DNA of 64,000 bases from an uncultured Kiritimatiellota bacterium. Its GTDB lineage: Bacteria; Verrucomicrobiota; Kiritimatiellia; RFP12; UBA1067. Every line of letters starts with the position of its first letter. Within the stretch, counting starts at the first letter, position 1. Under the pieces are notes generated by a model. It worked only from the letters and a program-made list of their open reading frames with translations, was not told the origin of the DNA and searched no databases. The position numbers and the translations under genes are program-made. Shown one piece after another: positions 52,020 to 61,277 of the stretch. The stretch is from NCBI GenBank assembly GCA_934675625.1, contig CAKURH010000004.1, positions 640 through 64,639 on the forward strand, written 5' to 3'.

Positions 52020-54269
52020 ATGAGCAACAAAGATTGTCCCGCATGGGAAGGTTTTATCGGTGGCGAGTGGCAGGAGGAGATCGATCCGGCCGAGTTCATT
52101 CGCCTGAACTACACGCCGTATGAGGGCGATGCGTCGTTCCTCGCGGGCGCGACGGAGGCGACGACTGCCCTCTGGAACAAGCTGCAGGCCCTGCAGAAGG
52201 AGGAGCGTGCGAAGGGCGGCGTCCTTGACATGGACACCGACATCGTCTCGTCCATCACCTCGCACAAGCCGGGCTACCTCGACAAAGACCTCGAGAAGAT
52301 TGTCGGCCTCCAGACCGACAAACCGCTCAAGCGCGCGTTCATGCCCTACGGCGGCATCAAGATGGCCGAAGAGGCGCTGACGACCTACGGCTACACGCCG
52401 AACCCCGAGCTGCACCACATCTTCACGGAGTACCACAAGACGCACAACCAGGGCGTCTACGACGCGTACACGCCGGAGATGCGCCGGGCGCGCAAGAACA
52501 AGATCATCACGGGCCTGCCGGACACCTACGGGCGCGGACGCATCGTCGGCGACTACCGCCGCGTCGCGCTCTACGGCATTGACCGCCTGATCGTGGGCAA
52601 GGAGCGCGACCTGCCGATGGTCGGCGTCGGCTCGATGCCGGAGGACGTGATCCGCGGCCGCGAGGAGGTCGCCGAGCAGATCCGCGCGCTGAAGGCGATG
52701 AAGGTCATGGCGGCGAGCTACGGCTACGACATCTCCCAGCCGGCGACGAACGCGCGCGAAGCCGTGCAGTGGACGTACTTCGGCTACCTCGCGGCGATCA
52801 AGACGCAGAACGGCGCGGCGATGTCCATCGGGCGCATCTCGACGTTCCTCGACATCTTCATCGCGCGCGACCTGAAGCGCGGCATCCTCACCGAGACGGA
52901 CGCGCAGGAGCTGATCGACCACCTCGTCCTCAAGTTCCGCATGGTCAAGTTCGCGCGCATTCCCGAGTACAACCAGCTCTTCTCGGGCGATCCCGTCTGG
53001 GCGACGATCAACGTCGCGGGCATGTGCGGCGACGGCCGCAGCATGGTCACGAAGACCGACTACCGCATCCTCCACACGCTGGAGACGATGGGGCCGAGCC
53101 CGGAGCCGAACCTCACGGTCCTCTACTCGCCGCGCCTCCCGGAGGCGTTCAAGCGCTATGCCGCGAAGATCTCGATCGCGACGTCGAGCGTGCAGTACGA
53201 GAACGACGAGATCATGCGCCGCGTCTGGAGCGACGACTACGCGATCTGCTGCTGCGTCTCGGCGACGCACACCGGCAAGGAGATGCAGTTCTTCGGCGCG
53301 CGCGCCAACCTCGCGAAGTGCCTCCTGTACGCCATCAACGGCGGCGTGGACGAGAAGACGCGCGCGCAGGTGGGTCCGGAGCTCCGCCCGATCACGGGCG
53401 ACGTGCTTGACTACGCGCAGGTGCTGAAGGCCTACCACGCGATGATGGACTGGCTCGCCGGGCTCTACGTCCACACGCTGAACCTCATCCACTTCATGCA
53501 CGACCGCTACTACTACGAGGCGGCGCAGATGTCGCTCATTGACACCGACGTCGAGCGCACGTTCGCGACGGGCATCGCGGGCTTCTCGCACGCCGTCGAC
53601 TCGCTCTCGGCGATCAAGTACGCGAAGGTGAGCGTCATCCGCGACGAGACGGGGCTCGCCGTCGACTACAAGGTCGAGGGCGACTTCCCGCGCTACGGCA
53701 ATGACGATCCGCGTGCGGACGAGATCGCGAAGGCTCTCCTCAAGGAGTTCATGAACAAGATCCGCAGCCACCACACCTACCGCCACGCGACGCCGACGAC
53801 GTCGATCCTCACGATCACGTCGAACGTCGTCTACGGCAAGGCGACGGGCGCGATGCCCGACGGGCGCAAGGCGGGCGAGCCGCTGTCGCCGGGGGCGAAC
53901 CCGTCCTACGGCGCGGAGCAGCATGGGCTTCTCGCCTCGCTCAACTCGGTCGCGAAGCTGCCCTACGGCTACGCGCTCGACGGCATCTCCAACACGCAGA
54001 CGATCCACCCCTCGGCCCTCGGCAACGACGAGGCGACGCGGGAGACGACGCTGGCGCGCGTGCTGGACGGCTACTTCTCGCAGGGGGCGCATCACCTGAA
54101 CGTGAACGTCTTCGGCACGGAGAAGCTGATCGACGCGATGGAGCATCCGGAGAAGCCGGAGTACGCGAACTTCACGATCCGCGTCTCGGGCTATGCGGTG
54201 AAGTTCATCGACCTGACGCGCGAGCAGCAGCTCGACGTCATCAGCCGTACTTGCCACAAGAGCCTCTAA
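52020..54269 (+). CDS. pflB: formate C-acetyltransferase (pyruvate formate-lyase)
   Basis: The product is 749 aa. It contains the catalytic ..CCVS.. and the glycyl-radical motif ..RVSGYAVKF.. near the C-terminus. Confidence 0.95.
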   Translation: MSNKDCPAWEGFIGGEWQEEIDPAEFIRLNYTPYEGDASFLAGATEATTALWNKLQALQKEERAKGGVLDMDTDIVSSITSHKPGYLDKDLEKIVGLQTDKPLKRAFMPYGGIKMAEEALTTYGYTPNPELHHIFTEYHKTHNQGVYDAYTPEMRRARKNKIITGLPDTYGRGRIVGDYRRVALYGIDRLIVGKERDLPMVGVGSMPEDVIRGREEVAEQIRALKAMKVMAASYGYDISQPATNAREAVQWTYFGYLAAIKTQNGAAMSIGRISTFLDIFIARDLKRGILTETDAQELIDHLVLKFRMVKFARIPEYNQLFSGDPVWATINVAGMCGDGRSMVTKTDYRILHTLETMGPSPEPNLTVLYSPRLPEAFKRYAAKISIATSSVQYENDEIMRRVWSDDYAICCCVSATHTGKEMQFFGARANLAKCLLYAINGGVDEKTRAQVGPELRPITGDVLDYAQVLKAYHAMMDWLAGLYVHTLNLIHFMHDRYYYEAAQMSLIDTDVERTFATGIAGFSHAVDSLSAIKYAKVSVIRDETGLAVDYKVEGDFPRYGNDDPRADEIAKALLKEFMNKIRSHHTYRHATPTTSILTITSNVVYGKATGAMPDGRKAGEPLSPGANPSYGAEQHGLLASLNSVAKLPYGYALDGISNTQTIHPSALGNDEATRETTLARVLDGYFSQGAHHLNVNVFGTEKLIDAMEHPEKPEYANFTIRVSGYAVKFIDLTREQQLDVISRTCHKSL

Positions 54270-54280
54270 GGCTTGAACAG

Positions 54281-54325
54281 GTTGCGCACGGCGCAACAGG
54301 AGGGGCGGGCCGCACGGCCCGCCCC
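54281..54325 (+). promoter_or_regulatory. two tandem GC-rich hairpins in the pflB-pflA spacer
   Basis: GTTGCGC(ACG)GCGCAAC lies at 54281-54297 and GGGGCGGGCC(GCAC)GGCCCGCCCC at 54302-54325. No U-tract follows. Confidence 0.6.
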
Positions 54326-54334
54326 CCGCTTGCC

Positions 54335-55069
54335 ATGAAAATACATTCGTTTGAGACATTTGGTGCGGCGGATGGGCCGGGCGTGCGGTTCATCGTCTTC
54401 CTGAGCGGCTGCCCGTTCCGCTGCCGCTACTGCCACAACCCCGACACGTGGGCGAAGCCGCCCGCCGAGGAGGCGTCGGCGGACGACGTGCTCGCCCGTG
54501 CGCTCCGCTACAAGGCGTACTGGGGCGCGGAGGGCGGCATCACCGCGTCTGGCGGCGAGCCGATGCTGCAGGCCGCCGAAGTCGCTGACCTCTTCGAGAA
54601 GGCCCACGCGGTGGGCGCGACGACGTGCCTTGACACGGCGGCGGGCTGCTTCCGGCGCGGCGACGCGGCGCAGGAACGGCTGTTGCGCGCGACGGACACC
54701 GTGCTGCTCGACTTGAAGCTCTTCGACGCGGATGCGCACCGCGCGCTCACGGGGGCGGACAATGCGCCCGTCCTCGACTGTGCGCGGTATCTCGCCGAAC
54801 GCGGCACGGACGTCTGGATTCGCCGCGTGCTCGTGCCCGGCCTCACGGACGGCGAGGACGACCTCCGGCGGACGGGCGATTTCATCCGCACGCTGCCGAA
54901 CGTCCGCCGCGTCGAGGTGCTGCCCTACCACGCGCTCGGCGTGCACAAGTGGCAGGCGCTCGGCCTCGCCTACACGCTCGCGGATGCGCGTCCGCCGACG
55001 GACGCCGAAGTCGCCCGCGCCCGCGCCCTGCTGGCGTCGGCGACGGGTGGCCCTTGTTTGGCGCGCTGA
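54335..55069 (+). CDS. pflA: pyruvate formate-lyase activating enzyme (radical SAM)
   Basis: MKIHSFETFGAADGPGVRFIVFLSGCPFRCRYCHNPDTW contains the CxxxCxxC cluster. Confidence 0.9.
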   Translation: MKIHSFETFGAADGPGVRFIVFLSGCPFRCRYCHNPDTWAKPPAEEASADDVLARALRYKAYWGAEGGITASGGEPMLQAAEVADLFEKAHAVGATTCLDTAAGCFRRGDAAQERLLRATDTVLLDLKLFDADAHRALTGADNAPVLDCARYLAERGTDVWIRRVLVPGLTDGEDDLRRTGDFIRTLPNVRRVEVLPYHALGVHKWQALGLAYTLADARPPTDAEVARARALLASATGGPCLAR

Positions 55070-55073
55070 AATA

Positions 55074-55082
55074 TGGTATCAT
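55074..55082 (+). promoter_or_regulatory. extended -10-like element TGGTATCAT, c.70 nt upstream of tRNA-Arg
   Basis: It lies directly after the pflA stop. An 8-bp inverted repeat CTGAATGT..ACATTCAG follows at 55103-55145. Confidence 0.4.
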
Positions 55083-55152
55083 ATCCGCCGTTTTGCTGAG
55101 GGCTGAATGTGCTGCGGTTCGTCGTGGCGAAAAGGACATTCAGTTCCGCGAT

Positions 55153-55226
55153 GCGACTATAGCTCAATTGGATAGAGCGTTGGCCTCCGAAGCCGAAGGT
55201 TGCTGGTTCGATCCCAGTTAGTCGCA
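55153..55226 (+). tRNA. tRNA-Arg (anticodon CCG)
   Basis: Hand-folded cloverleaf: acceptor GCGACTA/TAGTCGC, D arm GCTC/GAGC, anticodon stem TTGGC/GCCGA with loop CTCCGAA, and T arm GCTGG-TTCGATC-CCAGT. The discriminator is A, and 3' CCA is not encoded (ACCCA). Confidence 0.85.
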
Positions 55227-55279
55227 CCCAATTTACGTGAACCAAGAGGCCGTGTGCGACGTTTACGCAAGAAACGAGG

Positions 55280-56353
55280 ATGGACATCATGAAGAATATC
55301 TTGTTCTGTTTGAGTGCGTTTGCCGTGGTGACGGCTGCCGTCGCCGAACGTCCGATTGAGGCGGCGCTCGCGAAGGGCGCGGCGTTTCTCCTGTCGAAAC
55401 AGGCGGCGGACGGCCATTTCTCCGATCCGCAGATGCCGGCGCTGACCGCGCTGCCGCTCTGGGCGCTTACGGGCGTCCAAGCGGACAGGGCCGCGCGCGA
55501 GAAGGCCGCCGCGTTCGTCCTCGGCACGCAGCGCGCCGACGGCGGCTTCTACGTGCCGAAGCCGGGGCGCGGCGGTTCGGGTCTCGGCAACTACAACACG
55601 GCCGTCTGCCTCGCGGCGCTCTTCGAGTCGAAGCTCGCGCCGACGGCGCCGCTCCTGAAGGCGCGCGAATACATCGCCGCGTCGCAGCTCACGGGCGACG
55701 ACACGCTGGCGGGCGGCTTCGGCTATGACCGGGTCATGCGCCGCCGCTATGCCGACCTCTCCAACACGGCCTATGCGATGGACGCGATGGCGCGCACGGC
55801 CTCGCTGGAGGAACTGCGCACGAGCGGACAGAAGGTCGATCTCAACTGGGCGCAGGCGATTGCGTTCGTCGAGAACCTCCAGAAGAAGGAAGGCCCTGAC
55901 AAGGGCGGCGCGGCCTATAACGAGCGCACGCCGCAGGGCGGCAGTGCGACGAACCGCGCCGACAAGGTGCATCTTCGTGCGTACGGGTCGATGAGTTACG
56001 CGGCCGTCCTCTCGATGTGCTCGGCGAACCTGACGAAGGGCGATCCGCGCGTCCGCAACGCGCTCGACTACTGCTCGCGCTACTGGTCGGTCGAGGAGAA
56101 TCCCGGCATGGGCAACCAGGGGCTCTACTACTACTACGACATCCTCGCGCGCGCCCTCGACGCGGCGGGCGTGGAGGAGCTGTTCACGCCAGAGGGGCGG
56201 ACAGTCTACTGGAAGCGGGAACTCGCGGCGAAACTGCTCTCGCTCCAGAAACCGGACGGCAGCTGGGCGAACGACAACAACCGCTTCTGGGAGGCCGACC
56301 CCGTGCTCTGCACGAGCTTCGCGATGATCTGCCTGGAACTCTGCGGAAAGTAA
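55280..56353 (+). CDS. secreted prenyltransferase/squalene-oxidase-repeat (terpenoid-cyclase-like alpha/alpha toroid) protein
   Basis: A signal peptide is followed by repeated ..Q..DGGF/W.. units (QAADGHF, QRADGGFY, QKPDGSWAN). Confidence 0.65.
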   Translation: MDIMKNILFCLSAFAVVTAAVAERPIEAALAKGAAFLLSKQAADGHFSDPQMPALTALPLWALTGVQADRAAREKAAAFVLGTQRADGGFYVPKPGRGGSGLGNYNTAVCLAALFESKLAPTAPLLKAREYIAASQLTGDDTLAGGFGYDRVMRRRYADLSNTAYAMDAMARTASLEELRTSGQKVDLNWAQAIAFVENLQKKEGPDKGGAAYNERTPQGGSATNRADKVHLRAYGSMSYAAVLSMCSANLTKGDPRVRNALDYCSRYWSVEENPGMGNQGLYYYYDILARALDAAGVEELFTPEGRTVYWKRELAAKLLSLQKPDGSWANDNNRFWEADPVLCTSFAMICLELCGK

Positions 56354-56400
56354 GAAGAAGAGTAAGAAGTAAAAGGTAAAAAGGAAGAAGGAAGAGGGGG
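56345..56400 (+). repeat. 56-nt C-free purine-rich spacer (GA-rich with four T)
   Basis: GGAAAGTAAGAAGAAGAGTAAGAAGTAAAAGGTAAAAAGGAAGAAGGAAGAGGGGG was read directly. It spans the stop of the upstream gene to 5 nt before ATG 56406. Confidence 0.85.
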
Positions 56401-56405
56401 CGCGA

Positions 56406-57149
56406 ATGGAAGACGCGAACGGCAAGGAAGCGTTGAAGGCGACGGGCGTGTGTTGCGCCTACGGGAAAGGCGCGGCGCGCGTTGAGGTGCTGAAGGACTT
56501 TTCGCTCGTGCTGAAGCCGGGCGAATTTGTCGCGCTGATGGGGCCGTCCGGCTCCGGCAAATCGACGTTCCTGCATCTTGCGGCGGGGCTGCTCCTGCCA
56601 ACGGCGGGTACGATTGAAGTCGGCGGACAGGACGTGACGGCGATGAGCGACGCGGCCGCGACGAAGTTCCGCCGCCGTCACGAGGGCGTCGTCTTTCAGG
56701 CGTTCAACTTGCTGGAGACGCTGACCGTGCGGGAGAACATCGCATTGCCCGTCCGCCTCGACCACGGGCGGCCCGACGCCGCGCGCATCGCGGAACTGGT
56801 GGTGAAATTGGGCCTTGCGGGCAAGGAGGAACGGCGTCCGTCGGAGCTTTCGGGCGGCGAGCAGCAGCGCGTCGCCATTGCCCGTGCGCTCTTTGCGAAG
56901 CCGGACGTGATTCTGGCGGACGAGCCGACGGGGAATCTCGACGCGAAAGCGTCGCATGCGATCTGCGGGCTGATGCGTGAACTCAACCAGACGGAGCGGA
57001 GCGCGATTCTCCTCGTCACGCACGATCCCGTCGTCGCGGCGGCCGCGACGCGCGTCTGCTTTCTCAAGGAGGGGAAGATCGCGGCGGACTTTGCGACGAA
57101 TCACGATCCGGCGGCCATCTCGAAACGCTATTTGGAGACTTACGAGTGA
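56406..57149 (+). CDS. ABC transporter ATP-binding protein (LolD/MacB-type)
   Basis: Walker A is GPSGSGKST, the signature is LSGGEQQRVAIARAL, and Walker B is ILADEPTGNLD. Confidence 0.9.
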   Translation: MEDANGKEALKATGVCCAYGKGAARVEVLKDFSLVLKPGEFVALMGPSGSGKSTFLHLAAGLLLPTAGTIEVGGQDVTAMSDAAATKFRRRHEGVVFQAFNLLETLTVRENIALPVRLDHGRPDAARIAELVVKLGLAGKEERRPSELSGGEQQRVAIARALFAKPDVILADEPTGNLDAKASHAICGLMRELNQTERSAILLVTHDPVVAAAATRVCFLKEGKIAADFATNHDPAAISKRYLETYE

Positions 57150-59515
57150 TCTTTCGCCTGATGCTGAAAGGGTTGCGGCGGGGCAAGGCGCGGTTTGCGT
57201 GCGCCGCGTTTGGCATTGCCGTCGCCGTGGGTGCGCTCGTCTTCATGACGTCGCTCGTCGCGACGAACAACGCGCAGGCGCCGCTGACGGCGCAGGCCGC
57301 GAGCGTGCCGTGGGCCGCCTGGAAGACGGAGGGCCTGACGTTGGATTTCCGGCGGGGGAAGCGACCGTCGGCGGATGCGCGGGCGCCGAAAGGCGGGCCG
57401 TTGCCCGTCGCGCCGCGTGCGGAACCTCTACCGGCGGGCCTGCGCCCCGACCTGCGGCTGCAGGCGATGAGTCTCACGCTCGACTACCGTCCGGGCGGAC
57501 GTGTCCTGCAGGGTCCGCCGATGCGGGTCTTGTTGTCCGAAGCGCCCGCGACGAACATCTACGGCCGCCTGACGCTCGGCGAAGGCCGTTGGGTGGATGC
57601 GTCGGCTTCGGCGAAAGAGGTCGTCTGCGTCAGGCAGGCCGTGCGGCGCTTTGGCCGCGCGCCGGAACCGCCGCTTGGATCCGACCTCAAGTTCGTCGGC
57701 CGCAACGGCACGATGACGGCAAAGATCGTCGGCTATCTGGACGGCGGCAAGTTGCCGCGCGAGTTCCCGACGGTTTTCGCAAACGCCGCCGCGTTCGCCG
57801 CGCTCGCGTCCGAGCCGCCGGGGGCGGTGTCGTTCTTCCGCACGAGGCCCGAACAGCCGGTGCGTGGCCTTCTGACGCCGACGTCGGACAGCGTTGTCGC
57901 CGCCTTCATGTCGGATGACCAGAAGCGCATGGATTACGCGACGCCGCTGCTCCTCGCGGCGGCGTTCCTGACGGCGCTTGCGCTGCTCGTCAACTCGCTC
58001 ATCCTGTCCGTCGAAGCCAATCGCGCGACGCTGGCGACCTTGCGCATGGTGGGGCTGACGCGCACGGGCGTCGTCGCATTCGTGGCGTGCGAATCCGTCT
58101 TCGCCGGGTTCGTCGGCTGGGCGCTGGGCGTCGGTGGCGCGGTCGCCGCGCTGGCCGTCTACGTCGCGTGCGACGCCGTGACGTTTCCCATCGGCTGGGC
58201 GGTCGATCCGGGGCGCATCCGGCTGACGTTCGCCGTCCTGCCGCTCGTCATCGTCCTCGCCGTCCTCTTCGCGCTCGCGCCGGCCCTCAAGGTGCGCGCG
58301 ATGGACGCGGCCCAGCGGCGTCCGCGTCGGCGGCGGCGCGGCATGGTGATCACCTTCGCGTGCGGCTTCGCCGCGTTCGCCGCCGTCGAGGTCTGGGGCG
58401 CGTCCCTCATGCGCGCGTTCGTGCCGTCGCCGGAGTGGCCGGACGCGATCGTCTCGATCCTGCCGGCGGGCGTGTCGAGCTGGGACGTGGAGAAGCTGCG
58501 CGACGTCGAGGGCGTTCGGCGCATCTCCGAGCTCGTGCCGCGCCAGCTGGCGCTCGCGGCGGACGCGCGCCGCAACGCGCTCTTCCTCGCGGCGGAGTTT
58601 CTGCCGAAGTTCGCCTTCTGCGAAGGCACGTGGGACGAGGCGAACGTGGCGCTTCAGGCGGGGGACGCGGTCGTCATCACGAAGATGATGTCAAATGCCT
58701 ACGGCCTGCACAAGGGCGACACGCTGAAGGTCGTCCAGCCGGGGCGGCGCGGCGGCGCGCCGACGGAGCTGGCGTTCCCGATTGCGGGCGTCGTGGACCT
58801 CAACTGGCACATGGTGACGAGCCGTGGGCTTGTGCGTGGCCTGAACGGCGCGCCGGGCATGACGGACGGGCCGGTGTTCTGCTCGCTCGACACGATGGGC
58901 GTCATCGACTTCCGCACGTTCGTCACCGATCCGGCGCTGTCCGCGCCGCTGACGCACCTCTGGATCGACTACGACGCGGCGTCCCTGAAGAGGCACGGCG
59001 TGTTTCCGGCGGGGCGGCGCATCGAGGCCGAGATCGCGCGGCGGCTCGGCAACCCCGTCGGCTCGACGGTGCGGCTGCACGCGCGCGACGAGATTGCGGA
59101 CGGCACGCTCGCGCACGGTGGCGACGTGATCGGTCAGGTCGCGCGCGTGCCGTTCGTCTTCCTCGCGATCCTGGCGATCGGTTTCGTCGCGATGCTCGTT
59201 GCCGAGGCGGACGCCCGGCGGCGCGAATTCGCGGTCTTGCGCGCCGTCGGCGCGACGCCGGCGCAGCTCGCGTGGATGCTGACGAAGACGGCCGTGAAGA
59301 CGGCGGCGGTCGGCATTGCGGCGGGACTCCCGGTCGGCGCGCTCGTCGGCTGGCTCTTCACGTTCAAGACGGGCGCGATGTGGCCGGGACTGCCGCACTA
59401 CTTCGTCGTGCCGGTGCGGCTCGTGGCCGAAGGGGCGCTCGGCGCGCTCGTCTTCGCGCTCGTGTTCGCGGTGCCGACGGCGCTCGCGCTCGTGCGCCGC
59501 GCCACGCGGCGGTAG
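57146..59515 (+). CDS. ABC transporter permease with duplicated FtsX domains
   Basis: The gene shares a GTGA overlap with the ATPase gene. The product is 789 aa with two FtsX-like 4-TM modules (..LRMVGLTRTG.. and ..LRAVGATPAQL..). Confidence 0.8.
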   Translation: MIFRLMLKGLRRGKARFACAAFGIAVAVGALVFMTSLVATNNAQAPLTAQAASVPWAAWKTEGLTLDFRRGKRPSADARAPKGGPLPVAPRAEPLPAGLRPDLRLQAMSLTLDYRPGGRVLQGPPMRVLLSEAPATNIYGRLTLGEGRWVDASASAKEVVCVRQAVRRFGRAPEPPLGSDLKFVGRNGTMTAKIVGYLDGGKLPREFPTVFANAAAFAALASEPPGAVSFFRTRPEQPVRGLLTPTSDSVVAAFMSDDQKRMDYATPLLLAAAFLTALALLVNSLILSVEANRATLATLRMVGLTRTGVVAFVACESVFAGFVGWALGVGGAVAALAVYVACDAVTFPIGWAVDPGRIRLTFAVLPLVIVLAVLFALAPALKVRAMDAAQRRPRRRRRGMVITFACGFAAFAAVEVWGASLMRAFVPSPEWPDAIVSILPAGVSSWDVEKLRDVEGVRRISELVPRQLALAADARRNALFLAAEFLPKFAFCEGTWDEANVALQAGDAVVITKMMSNAYGLHKGDTLKVVQPGRRGGAPTELAFPIAGVVDLNWHMVTSRGLVRGLNGAPGMTDGPVFCSLDTMGVIDFRTFVTDPALSAPLTHLWIDYDAASLKRHGVFPAGRRIEAEIARRLGNPVGSTVRLHARDEIADGTLAHGGDVIGQVARVPFVFLAILAIGFVAMLVAEADARRREFAVLRAVGATPAQLAWMLTKTAVKTAAVGIAAGLPVGALVGWLFTFKTGAMWPGLPHYFVVPVRLVAEGALGALVFALVFAVPTALALVRRATRR

Positions 59516-59562
59516 GGGTGAACGGCGTCTCGAGGAGAGCTGGGCGGCACAGCCGCTGTTTG

Positions 59563-59571
59563 TGGTATAAT
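59563..59571 (+). promoter_or_regulatory. extended -10 element TGGTATAAT, 7 nt upstream of ATG 59579 (leaderless type)
   Basis: Exact TGnTATAAT match. Confidence 0.55.
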
Positions 59572-59578
59572 GTGCGGC

Positions 59579-61180
59579 ATGGAGAAGATTTCGACAGACA
59601 TCTATTCGTTCGAGGACATCCGTCAGGGCGGGTTCGTCTACGTCGACAAGACGGCGATCCTGAAGACGCTGGCGGACGGCTCGCTCGGCAAGCAGTTCTT
59701 CGTCGCGCGGCCGCGTCGCTTCGGCAAGTCGCTCGCCGTCTCGACGCTCCAGTGCCTCTTCGAGGGGCGGCGCGACCTGTTCCGTGGGCTCGCCATCGAG
59801 CCGGACTGGGACTGGAACAAGGCATGGCCCGTCCTCAAGCTCGACATGGGCAGCTGTCAGGGCGAGACGCTGGTCGAGGTGAAGGAACGGATCAGCCTCA
59901 TGCTCCTGAAGGAGTCGGAGCGCCTGAAGGTGCCCCTGCGCGGCGGGGCCGACATTTCCAACCAGTTCAACCTGCTCCTGACGGACATCGCGAACCGGAA
60001 TGTCGGGGCCGACGGGAAGCCCGACCCCGCAGGCGGGAAGGACGGCCGTGTCGTCCTGCTCGTCGACGAGTACGACAAGCCGCTCTTGGGTCATCTCGGC
60101 AAGCCGGACGTGAACGACATCCGCGATGCGCTCAAGGCGTTCTACTCCGTCATCAAGACGTGCGAGGGGCTTCAGCGGTTCGCGTTCATGACGGGCGTCT
60201 CGAAGTTCTCGAAGGTGTCGATCTTCTCCGACCTCAACAACCTCAACGAGTTCTCGATGGACGCGCGCGTCGCGACGCTCTTCGGCTACACGCACGAGGA
60301 GGTGAAGGCGAATTTCCCCGAATCGCTCGCGGCACTCGGCGCGAAGCAGGGGCTTGACGCCGAGGCGACGTTCGCGCGGCTCGTCCAGTGGTATGACGGC
60401 TACCGCTTCGAGGAGAGCGCCTTGCCGGTCTTCAACCCCGTCTCGGTCGGCAAGTGCCTCTCGTCCGGGAAGTTCGACCCCTACTGGTTCGAGACGGGGA
60501 CGCCCACGTTCCTTCTGAAGCTCATGGAGCGGAACCCCGTCCTCCTGGACGAGATCGAGGTTTCGCAGACGTCATTTTCCGTCTATGAGCCGGACAAGCC
60601 GGCCCTCATGTCGCTCCTCTACCAGACGGGCTACCTCACGATCGGCGGGACGCGCCAGGAGGGCGAGGAGCGGCTCTACCGGCTCGTCTGCCCGAACTAC
60701 GAAGTGCGCAAGGCGTTCAACGAGTCCCTGTCGGTCGCGTTCTCGCATTTGGACGCATTCGACCACGCCTCGCTCTTGACGCAGATGGTGGAGGCCCTGC
60801 GGGCGGACGACGTGGACGACATGCTGGACGCGCTCTCGTGCTTCTTCGCGAACATCCCGGCGAACATCACGCTGAAGCGCGAGAAGTACTACCAGACGCT
60901 GTTCTACGCGGTGTTCGTGCTGATCGGGGCGCGCACGCACGCGGAGTGCTGGACGAACCGGGGGCGCGTGGACGCGGTCGTGGAGACGCCGCGCGGCGTG
61001 TTCGTCTTCGAGTTCAAGCTGAACGACACGGCGGTCGCCGCGCTCGAGCAGATCAAGGCGAAGGGCTACCACGAGAAGTGGCTGCGCTGCGGCAAGAAGG
61101 TGACGCTCGTCGGCGCGGCGTTCGACGCCGGGATGCGCAACCTCTCCGACCGCCAGGTCGAGGTCGCGGCGAACGGCTAA
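59579..61180 (+). CDS. AAA-ATPase-like protein with C-terminal PD-(D/E)XK nuclease domain (PF09820/PF08011 type), intact
   Basis: FVYVDKTA, RPRRFGKS, LLVDEYDKP, GVSKFSKVSIFS and the C-terminal ..DAVVETPRGVFVFEFK.. are all present. The start was taken at the second ATG, which follows the -10 element. Confidence 0.8.
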   Translation: MEKISTDIYSFEDIRQGGFVYVDKTAILKTLADGSLGKQFFVARPRRFGKSLAVSTLQCLFEGRRDLFRGLAIEPDWDWNKAWPVLKLDMGSCQGETLVEVKERISLMLLKESERLKVPLRGGADISNQFNLLLTDIANRNVGADGKPDPAGGKDGRVVLLVDEYDKPLLGHLGKPDVNDIRDALKAFYSVIKTCEGLQRFAFMTGVSKFSKVSIFSDLNNLNEFSMDARVATLFGYTHEEVKANFPESLAALGAKQGLDAEATFARLVQWYDGYRFEESALPVFNPVSVGKCLSSGKFDPYWFETGTPTFLLKLMERNPVLLDEIEVSQTSFSVYEPDKPALMSLLYQTGYLTIGGTRQEGEERLYRLVCPNYEVRKAFNESLSVAFSHLDAFDHASLLTQMVEALRADDVDDMLDALSCFFANIPANITLKREKYYQTLFYAVFVLIGARTHAECWTNRGRVDAVVETPRGVFVFEFKLNDTAVAALEQIKAKGYHEKWLRCGKKVTLVGAAFDAGMRNLSDRQVEVAANG

Positions 61181-61249
61181 AACGTCGGCAGATTTGTCTG
61201 CGGATCCTAAAAAAGTGGCCTAGCCAGTTCGTTTTCGCGTCGCGTTCTG

Positions 61250-61258
61250 TGCTATACT
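61250..61258 (+). promoter_or_regulatory. extended -10 element TGCTATACT, 19 nt upstream of ATG 61278
   Basis: TGnTATACT match. Confidence 0.4.
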
Positions 61259-61277
61259 ACCCATCAGACAACACCTG

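Noticed and set aside
55153-55226. tRNA-Arg as the integration site of the accessory island
   Set aside because: The tRNA lies 12.5 kb from the island's right edge, with housekeeping genes (clpC, pflAB) in between. No partial tRNA duplication or integrase is present.
58087-60357. 756-aa plus-strand alternative-frame ORF overlapping the FtsX permease and the AAA-ATPase gene
   Set aside because: It is an out-of-frame Arg/Gly/Ala-rich product that crosses a promoter and a gene boundary, so it is an artefact of GC richness.
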